From: Gammaproteobacteria bacterium
GTDB taxonomy: Bacteria > Pseudomonadota > Gammaproteobacteria > JABCZS01
Length of the DNA stretch: 64,000 nt
Direction: 5' to 3'
Assembly (NCBI GenBank): GCA_021773275.1
Contig: JAJFKJ010000030.1
Location: 36,552-100,551 of the forward strand
Under the pieces are notes generated by a model that saw only the letters and a program-made list of their open reading frames with translations, did no database searches and had not been told where the DNA came from. The position numbers and the translations under genes were made by a program. This document shows, piece after piece, positions 57,733 through 64,000 of the stretch (the stretch's first letter is position 1; every line of letters starts with the position of its first letter).

Positions 57733-58070
57733 CAGTCCCCTCCATCATTTTCTTGATCATAAAAATACTCGGCGCGTTGCTCATAAGCTGAGCTTGCAAG
57801 CCTGGGGTCAGTCAACGCGGTGAAGTTGCGCAGCAAAATCAATGTTTCATAAGTTAACTCCTGTATTTTGGTGGCCTCAGCTAGTATTTCGCCGCCTAAA
57901 TAATTTGGGCTGGCGGTTGCCAACGCCTCGTGGTGAGGGCATAGGCATAGCCTCCCAAGCATCAACTCCACCATAAGTGTGTTGATGGATTTTTTTTGTA
58001 TTTTTGCTTGGCGCTTAATAGCAATATACTCATTAGCGTTTAATCGCGTTGTAACTTTTGTGACTTTCAT
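57732..58070 (-). CDS. Relaxosome accessory protein (RHH, TraM/MobC position)
   Basis: VTTRLNANEY..IKRQA...SINTL RHH-like pattern; AGGAGG RBS; lies between oriT and traD. Confidence 0.6.
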   Translation of the reverse strand: MKVTKVTTRLNANEYIAIKRQAKIQKKSINTLMVELMLGRLCLCPHHEALATASPNYLGGEILAEATKIQELTYETLILLRNFTALTDPRLASSAYEQRAEYFYDQENDGGD

Positions 58071-58170
58071 CTTCACCTCCTGTTAATGCACGATAGGCTA
58101 TAAACCGTCTCAGAGGTGAGACACACGGATATTTTTTGAAATAAAATTCCAGTACAGGAAAGCAAGCACA

Positions 58171-58350
58171 TGCTGTCAAAGTTTTTCTCAGTGACGGCAT
58201 TTTTAAAAAATATGCGGACGTAGCTTGCTGAAAACTAATAAGAAAATCGTCGATTTTCTTTAATGCCGTCAAATAGATGTTTGTGGCCGTCAAATTACCT
58301 TGAATATGACGGCAGAATGCCGTAAAAATGCCAGCATTACGCCGGCAAAT
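58171..58350. repeat. oriT-proximal repeats (GCCGTCAAA family) and palindrome
   Basis: About 7 direct or inverted copies (58171, 58192, 58264, 58286, 58307, 58318, 58341); perfect IR AAGAAAATCG-T-CGATTTTCTT at 58240-58260. Confidence 0.75.
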
Positions 58351-58403
58351 GGAAAACCCAACTTCCTTTTTGTAAAACAAAAGGTTACGTGAATATAACA
58401 GCA

Positions 58404-58429
58404 GCAACAAAGTTGCGTAGGGTGTGTCT
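58404..58429 (+). other. oriT: oriT nic site (MOBF type)
   Basis: GCAAC-AAA-GTTGC hairpin running into TGCGTAGGGTGT^G; compare F TGCGTGGGGTGT^GG; predicted nick at 58425/58426. Confidence 0.8.
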
Positions 58430-58538
58430 CTTTAATTTCCCACAGGCGCGGTGAGCGCAAATCGGTTTTATAGTTAATGGTTGGGTTTTAAAGTTACGGG
58501 TGTTGCGGGTAAATGATGCGATTTGTTAAGCGCTGTGC

Positions 58539-58808
58539 TTAGCTTTTAGTTGCCCAGTAGTCTTTGAGGGATATACGACTTGAGCCTAGGGTAACTTCAT
58601 CAACGCCTACTACATACAAGCATTGGAATAAAAAATCAGCCGTGAATCTTCCGGCATTTATCCGCATACGTAGGCCAGCATCTTCCGGCGCATCAAATCC
58701 TGCTGCCCGTAATTTCTCACCCAGTTGCGAAACCTTAATGCTTTGACGGGCCATTTCAGCCTTAAGAATACCCTTTGCCAGTTGGCCATAATCTTTATCA
58801 ATTTTCAT
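58539..58808 (-). CDS. DUF6471-like small DNA-binding protein
   Basis: AKGILKAEMAR..L.EKL...G....RINAGRFTADFLFQCL..VG. Confidence 0.7.
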   Translation of the reverse strand: MKIDKDYGQLAKGILKAEMARQSIKVSQLGEKLRAAGFDAPEDAGLRMRINAGRFTADFLFQCLYVVGVDEVTLGSSRISLKDYWATKS

Positions 58809-58936
58809 GTTTGTATCCTGTCTGCCAGGATTAAGAATACAACCAAAAGAATGGTATTGCAAACAGCAATACCACCAAAAACCAGCCAAAATATAATAAA
58901 AACATTAATAAACGTAATGAAAAGCTTGCGTTTCAT
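58805..58936 (-). CDS. Small hydrophobic peptide (43 aa)
   Basis: MKRKLFITFINVFIIFWLVFGG...; ATGA overlap with the downstream gene. Confidence 0.4.
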   Translation of the reverse strand: MKRKLFITFINVFIIFWLVFGGIAVCNTILLVVFLILADRIQT

Positions 58937-58992
58937 AAAGAAATCGCTATAATTAAGCCATGGGGAATAAGTTAATACAAGGAAATAAAACA

Positions 58993-59436
58993 ATGATTGA
59001 GCAAGCCATTACGAAAGCCATCACAGCAAGCCCAGTGTCTGAAAGTAGGCGTATAAATTTTGTGCCAAACAAACTACCTAAGTATTTTTTGCAATTTGAA
59101 GGGTTGCTTTTTGATTGGGCAGGTCGAGGTATTGAACATTATAGCGGAGGGTATTGGGATTTCTTCGAGCTATCTAATGGTGGTTTTTATTGGGCGCTTA
59201 ATGATACTGAAAACCATTATTCTTTTACCTCAATAAATGGTTATAGCCATCCTGGTTTAAGTGCTGATGTCATTGGTATTATCGTTACGCTGTATGCGCT
59301 ATGCCATCTGGCTGAAATCGCACACACTAAAGGAGACGAAGGCCATGCGGATACGATTATCAAGCATTACTACAAGCTAAGAGATTTTGCTAGCGAGCAT
59401 AGTGAAGCTGGGGTGATTTTCAGGGCAATTGACTAA
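58993..59436 (+). CDS. klcA: ArdB/KlcA-family antirestriction protein
   Basis: YSGGYWDFFELSNGGFY, LSADVIGI, YYKLRDFASEHSEAGVIFRAID. Confidence 0.9.
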   Translation: MIEQAITKAITASPVSESRRINFVPNKLPKYFLQFEGLLFDWAGRGIEHYSGGYWDFFELSNGGFYWALNDTENHYSFTSINGYSHPGLSADVIGIIVTLYALCHLAEIAHTKGDEGHADTIIKHYYKLRDFASEHSEAGVIFRAID

Positions 59437-59632
59437 CGAGTGGGGCTGTACCAGGCGGCCCATTTTTTGAAAAAAAAGGTACGATGATTAAAGGCTGCAG
59501 AAAAAGCTTATATAAATTCACAAAAGTTAAGCAATGAGGAGTGCGGCGAGCTTTTAGGTATATGTAAAAATCAAAATGATATTGCAGTAATTAATAAGCT
59601 GTAAAAAGAAACAAAAAAATCAGGAGAAAATC

Positions 59633-59809
59633 ATGAAAAGAGAGATTAGCTTAAACGCAAAATACTGCGAAGCAGTGAAACCATTTAGCACTAGTGAAAA
59701 GCTGCAACGACATATAGAACGAATTACGTTGTTGCAGGAGATGCTAGAGGAAGAGGAATCACAAGTATTGCAATATATGCGCCAGGGACTTAAGGCGGCT
59801 TCTTGCTGA
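59633..59809 (+). CDS. Small hypothetical protein (58 aa)
   Basis: AGGAG RBS plus ATG; MKREISLNAKY...KAASC; below the ORF-track cutoff. Confidence 0.5.
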   Translation: MKREISLNAKYCEAVKPFSTSEKLQRHIERITLLQEMLEEEESQVLQYMRQGLKAASC

Positions 59810-59875
59810 TATGGTTGTGAGTTGCGTGCGGTGACGTAAGTTGTCGTACGCATTTTTTTAAAAAGGAGAAATAGT

Positions 59876-60262
59876 ATGTATTGGATGAATGGCGAGGCAA
59901 TAGAATATCTGCGAAAAATGCTTGGCAACGACGAAGAAAGGCGGATGGATTTTGAAAACATGTTCTTTGGAAGTGTTAAACAGTATTGTAGCGATATCCT
60001 AATAGGGAGCTGGACCCCAAAGAAAGCTGCAAACGAAGCTAGTTATTTTGCACCAGAGAGTGCCCAGCAGGCCTGCATCAAAACCAACCACCGTAAGGAG
60101 GCTCAAAGTATATCAAGCGATGGGGCAGGGCTTATTCTCACCTACAAGACTGTAATGCAAATGCACCAGAATAAGAACGAACTGCATGGTTGGCAGCAGG
60201 CCCTGGAAGAGACTGTAACAACACACCCTGAAAAAGAGGTGATGGGATGGGTCTTAAGGTAA
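59876..60262 (+). CDS. Divergent ArdB/KlcA-like paralog
   Basis: FE..F..GSW....N...YFAP, ISSDGAGLILT, L....THPE align to the upstream klcA; AAGGAG RBS. Confidence 0.6.
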   Translation: MYWMNGEAIEYLRKMLGNDEERRMDFENMFFGSVKQYCSDILIGSWTPKKAANEASYFAPESAQQACIKTNHRKEAQSISSDGAGLILTYKTVMQMHQNKNELHGWQQALEETVTTHPEKEVMGWVLR

Positions 60263-60332
60263 AAAATAACTGGTGATGACTGAGAGGAAAACAATGGCTA
60301 TCTCAAATGTAACGCAATACAGTTTGCGAAAC

Positions 60333-60361
60333 TTGCAATCGTACTACTTTACTGGTACACT
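60333..60361 (+). promoter_or_regulatory. Sigma70 promoter, probably giving a leaderless toxin mRNA
   Basis: TTGCAA-17 bp-TACACT, ending 5 nt before ATG 60367; no RBS. Confidence 0.6.
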
Positions 60362-60366
60362 TAACT

Positions 60367-60759
60367 ATGAATAAGAGGGAGTTAGAGTGCATCGCCTATG
60401 AGGGCGCGTGTTTTACAGTTGAATGGTACCTTGATGTCAGGGGTAAGTCTCAAGCCTTAGGGTATTATCAATCGCTTCCTAGAGCTGAGCGTATCCTCTT
60501 GCTGAGGCTGTTTAAGCTGATCGCAGAGGAGGGTGAAATCAGAGATAAAACGAAATTCAGGCATGAGGGTGATAAGATTTTTGCCTTTAAACCTCAGCCG
60601 GAACGTTTTCTCTGCTTCTTTTACAAGGAAGGAAAGATTGTTGTAACAAATGCTTTTAGAAAAAAGCAGCAGAAGCTCCCTCAGCGTGAAAAAGATAGGG
60701 CGCTAAAAGCAAAGGAAAGTTACCTAAGACGTGTTAAAACAGGTGAGTATTATGAGTAA
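60367..60759 (+). CDS. RelE/ParE-family (HigB/Gp49-like) toxin
   Basis: KFRHEGDKIFAFK..RFLCFF...IVVTNAFRKKQQKLP.RE. Confidence 0.85.
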   Translation: MNKRELECIAYEGACFTVEWYLDVRGKSQALGYYQSLPRAERILLLRLFKLIAEEGEIRDKTKFRHEGDKIFAFKPQPERFLCFFYKEGKIVVTNAFRKKQQKLPQREKDRALKAKESYLRRVKTGEYYE

Positions 60760-61057
60760 AGATAAAAAAATAAAATCAACCTTTGAAAAAGAGATGCAAG
60801 ACCCTGCGTTTCGCAAGGCGTTTAAAGAATCATACAAAGAACTCTTGCTTGATGAAATTATTGTTGCGATGATGGAAGAAGATGAGCAGTCTGTACGCAA
60901 GCTCGCCAAAGAAGCAGGGCTGTCTCCTGCTGTTATCCAAGCATTGCGCTCGGGCAAGCAAACAGACATAAAGCTTAAAAACTTCATTAAAGTTGCTGGC
61001 GCTTGCGGCTATCACCTGGTGCTAGAAAAAGATGACACACGGGTTCCCATTTCCTGA
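60752..61057 (+). CDS. HTH antitoxin (HigA-like)
   Basis: MQDPAFRKAF..Y, SVRKLAKEAGLSPAVIQALRSG; toxin-first order. Confidence 0.85.
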   Translation: MSKDKKIKSTFEKEMQDPAFRKAFKESYKELLLDEIIVAMMEEDEQSVRKLAKEAGLSPAVIQALRSGKQTDIKLKNFIKVAGACGYHLVLEKDDTRVPIS

Positions 61058-61259
61058 AGCTGATTTAAAAACCCGCATTAACCCCAACGCCTTGACACAG
61101 AGTATCATCTGATTTTGTAACTAAAGACCGCTTTACTTCATGGTGTTGGCTTTCAATTTAGCGTTAAGCTAGAAGAAAGGGTGTGCAATCAGAACCGAAT
61201 CCTACCTGAGCAGAGCATTTTTGCTGGCTTAAGTTATAAGGCACATGACAATTAATGCT

Positions 61260-61288
61260 TTGACTAGCGTGTATTTATTTGGCACAAT
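61260..61288 (+). promoter_or_regulatory. Putative sigma70 promoter of the LRR gene
   Basis: TTGACT-17 bp-CACAAT. Confidence 0.45.
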
Positions 61289-61344
61289 CCAAACGGGCGA
61301 TAAAATAAAACTGCCACCAGCGTATGTATTAGGAAAAATATAGT

Positions 61345-61887
61345 ATGGGATTTTTCAGCAAAAAAAAGAAGAAACAAGTGGAGTCGAAAAAAGATCAATC
61401 AACCATAAGCGCCTCGTTACTAGCGCGTATTAGGCAAAACGATGCGACATTAACAAGCCTTCAGTTAAGCTCTAAATATTTAAACGATGCCGCGATCCAG
61501 CTGCTATGTGAAGCGCTTACAAGCAATACCACCTTGAGCAGGCTTGACCTTCAGCACAATAAAATCGGCGATGCGGGCGCGTGCGCCTTGGCAAGAAACA
61601 CCACCTTGAGCAGGCTTTTCCTTTGCGGGAATAACATCAGTGATGCAGGTGTGAGCGCCTTGGCAAGCAATACCACCTTGAGCTGGCTTTTCCTTGGCGG
61701 CAATAACATCGGGGACGTGGGCGCGTGCGCCTTGGCAAAGAGTACCACCTTGAGCACGCTTGACCTTAATTACAATAAAATCGGCGATGCGGGCGCGTGC
61801 GCCTTGGCAAGCAATACTGAAGTGGTCGAGCAAGATATGCAAAAAGCACTGGCCATGACAAGCTTTGTGAATAACACAAGCACATAA
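61345..61887 (+). CDS. Leucine-rich repeat protein (RI/NLR-like, 24-aa units), effector-like
   Basis: NTTLSxLxLxxNxIGDxGAxALA repeats; basic N-terminus MGFFSKKKKK. Confidence 0.88.
   Translation: MGFFSKKKKKQVESKKDQSTISASLLARIRQNDATLTSLQLSSKYLNDAAIQLLCEALTSNTTLSRLDLQHNKIGDAGACALARNTTLSRLFLCGNNISDAGVSALASNTTLSWLFLGGNNIGDVGACALAKSTTLSTLDLNYNKIGDAGACALASNTEVVEQDMQKALAMTSFVNNTST
61521..61817 (+). repeat. Four 72-bp tandem coding repeats plus a partial unit
   Basis: Units start at 61521, 61593, 61665 and 61737 (ACCACCTTGAGC...GCGCCTTGGC). Confidence 0.9.
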
Positions 61888-62085
61888 GCAGCCAGGTATT
61901 ATAAAATGCTTACCCCCATAAAATATACATATTTGACTGATCAAGGTGATTAGGCAATGATCTCATTATGGCAGCGACCTTGCGAAAGAGCATCCCTCAA
62001 ATCGGTGAGTAAAACCTTTTTTTGCTGTGGGTTGACGATAAGGTATTTTTGATTTTTCTAGTTTAGATTATAGGGAGATGATGGC

Positions 62086-63840
62086 ATGGGAAGCTGGACG
62101 GGGTTACCTGAAATTTCGAAAGCAATTAATGATTTGCGAGATGATATGAAGCGCGCGGGTATAGTTGATGAATATGCCACTAAGATCCACGATTTATTTA
62201 CAGAACACAACTTTTCATTTAATGAATTTCTGGAGCTGGCAAAAGAGTTAGCTAATCCCGCTAAAGTATTTTTTTATGGTGCTACGGGTGCCCTTATTGG
62301 GATAGCAATTTTGGAGGCATTTAAACTGAAAGCAGCCCATTCTAGCAATAAAACTTTAGAGAATCTATTAAAGATTAATTTAGAAACTATGCTGATGAGC
62401 AGAATGTCATTGCGATTACAGGCAGGACAGCTATTAATCACCCCAACCCCTACACTTAATGACATTGAGTATAACAAGCTTACGGAAGAGCAACAGGAAG
62501 ACCGAAAGCTCTTGAAGAAAGTCATAGCAGAGGCTAGGTTGATCATTCAAAATACAGAGCCAACAGACATCAAAATGCTAATATTGCTAAACAGCATATC
62601 AAATTTAACGCAAGCCATTCTAGAAAACTACTATATAGAAAGCCATTCGACAGATGATATGCAAAGACGTCTGGACTGCCTGACATTATTGCGTGACTAT
62701 GAGGATGTAAATAACGCAATCTATCATCAAAAACCAACGGACGTTCCTCTAAATGAATTCGATATGAACATTAATGTGATGAGGAACCTACATGGGGAGG
62801 TCGAGGTTAATGCGCTTGTGAAAGAGTTAACTGAAGAAATGAAGACCAAAGGAATGAGGCTCGAAGATGATGCTTGTTATTATCACCCAAACCCCGCTTG
62901 GTTTTTAAACACTCTATTGGTGGCCATGATTAATAGTTGGGTTTTTGAGGGCAATGCTTTAACACACATTGATGATAAGCTGCGTGATAGCGCAGCTTTA
63001 TTAGCTGGTGTTTTTAATGCTGAACACAACAGATTTCCCAAAAATATGCCGATGCAACACAGAAAATTGATTATCGTTCGGGCATATTTAGAGTACGCTC
63101 AATATAGCTTTACCCAATTTAGCTTTAATACTAGGCACATGATCCGCACAACTCGCTATGGATTCGTTGATACCTACGAGGGTGTGAAAAGCGTGGTAAC
63201 AGCGCCGATTACAACCGTTGGCAATATGGCATATGCGCTTACTTTTGGATTGCCTACAACAGTGCGGGTGGTCTTTACCCAAGGCTACCACCAACCCATG
63301 AGACTGGCAACGAGCACTGCAATCAATATGGCTATTGGGGCTGCTGTTGGCGCAGGGGCTTCTAGCACACCAAAGCCAGGGTCAGGAGGAGCTGGCGGGG
63401 GCTCAGGACTACCCGGAAATACTAATTTCAACGTGAGGCAAGGTGGTTTTCAGCAGGGGAGCCCAAACATGATGGTCGGCAATCCTCGCATTCCTCACAA
63501 TCCCCGGATTCCGAGCTCGCCTGTTTTCACAACGACAACCCCCAGTGCCGCAGCAGCAAGGACATCCGTAGCAGCGGGTACTGCAAAAGGCGCTGTTACT
63601 GCAACGCCTTTGCTCAGAAATTACCAGCATGGACTAAATTCCGAGCCAGCACAGCGCGATGACGTAGTGGAGCGACTAGACCCAGATTTTATCAGTGTGG
63701 GCAATGCATCATTGTACGACAATTTGGATTCCATTTATTCGAAAATGATTCAATCGAATAATCCACAAGAGTGGTTTGATATTCTGCTAGATGGCATTGA
63801 TTACAAGGAAGATACTAAGCTGCAACGCAAGTACAATTAG
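62086..63840 (+). CDS. Hypothetical protein with hydrophobic segments and Gly/Pro/Thr-rich region
   Basis: 584-aa ORF, GGGAG RBS; no family recognised. Confidence 0.75.
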   Translation: MGSWTGLPEISKAINDLRDDMKRAGIVDEYATKIHDLFTEHNFSFNEFLELAKELANPAKVFFYGATGALIGIAILEAFKLKAAHSSNKTLENLLKINLETMLMSRMSLRLQAGQLLITPTPTLNDIEYNKLTEEQQEDRKLLKKVIAEARLIIQNTEPTDIKMLILLNSISNLTQAILENYYIESHSTDDMQRRLDCLTLLRDYEDVNNAIYHQKPTDVPLNEFDMNINVMRNLHGEVEVNALVKELTEEMKTKGMRLEDDACYYHPNPAWFLNTLLVAMINSWVFEGNALTHIDDKLRDSAALLAGVFNAEHNRFPKNMPMQHRKLIIVRAYLEYAQYSFTQFSFNTRHMIRTTRYGFVDTYEGVKSVVTAPITTVGNMAYALTFGLPTTVRVVFTQGYHQPMRLATSTAINMAIGAAVGAGASSTPKPGSGGAGGGSGLPGNTNFNVRQGGFQQGSPNMMVGNPRIPHNPRIPSSPVFTTTTPSAAAARTSVAAGTAKGAVTATPLLRNYQHGLNSEPAQRDDVVERLDPDFISVGNASLYDNLDSIYSKMIQSNNPQEWFDILLDGIDYKEDTKLQRKYN

Positions 63841-64000
63841 CATGCATGAGTACCAAAGGAAGCTACTCAAACAGAGCTTGCCTAGAGCTTGAGAGGTAAT
63901 GTTTTTTGCAAAGCATGGTATATGAGCAGCATTCAAAAATCACCCGAGGTAGCTAGGGCTAAGCTGCATCAATGTAACTGAAGTGGTCGAGCAAGATATG

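Larger units (their letters stand above)
22364..64000. mobile_element. Integrative conjugative element (MPF-F, MOBF), tRNA-targeted; right end outside the window
   Basis: tRNA 3' fragment at the left border, AlpA, F-type tra cluster, traD/traI, oriT, antirestriction and TA genes; integrase not seen. Confidence 0.85.

Noticed and set aside
58033-58410. 125-aa minus-strand ORF
   Set aside because: Spans the oriT repeat region, has no RBS or motif; likely non-coding
61345-61374. N-myristoylation signal MGFFSK
   Set aside because: Ser is not at position 6 and bulky aromatics follow Gly; much weaker than MGNTQS
61521-61817. CRISPR array or DGR template
   Set aside because: Units are contiguous in-frame 72-bp coding repeats without spacers; no cas or reverse transcriptase gene in the window
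61818-61856. IS3/IS911-like terminal repeat (TGAAGTGGTC...CTGGCCA)
   Set aside because: Only the first 10 nt resemble the IS end, spacing differs and no transposase follows
1289-63630. Many 60-160 aa ORFs antisense to or nested in long genes
   Set aside because: Shadow frames of well-supported genes with no motifs or RBS

Overview
Bacterial DNA that looks like a Legionellales/Coxiellaceae-type gammaproteobacterium. This is inferred from the many eukaryote-like and effector-like ORFs (SEL1, ankyrin, LRR, possible myristoylation motif) and the PAS kinases. The left part (1-22.3 kb) is chromosomal: a lipoprotein, an IS481 remnant, and a RelE-like/UvrD/ankyrin gene split from a SEL1 gene at an A10 tract. 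It also carries a biosynthetic/signalling cluster: a formylating NRPS (F-A-T-E-C-T-TE), a PPTase, an alpha/beta hydrolase, two PAS histidine kinases, a stand-alone receiver and a cyclodipeptide-synthase-like protein. From a tRNA 3'-end att fragment at 22364 to the window end lies an integrative conjugative element. It begins with AlpA, a RepA-like AAA ATPase and a lambda-Q-family antiterminator. Directly behind Q sit a pR'-like promoter, a pause-like element and an intrinsic terminator, placed in front of a ~21 kb operon of two large effector-like genes plus an F-type tra cluster with no traN. Further right are an exclusion/defence cargo site, traI-traD-traM-like genes, a recognisable MOBF oriT, two ArdB/KlcA-like genes, a toxin-antitoxin pair and LRR/effector-like cargo. 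The integrase and intact tRNA are not visible and are expected beyond the right edge. The strongest novelty candidate is the phage late-gene (Q/pR'/tR') switch apparently redeployed to control a conjugation operon. All assignments are from motif reading by eye; no database searches were run.
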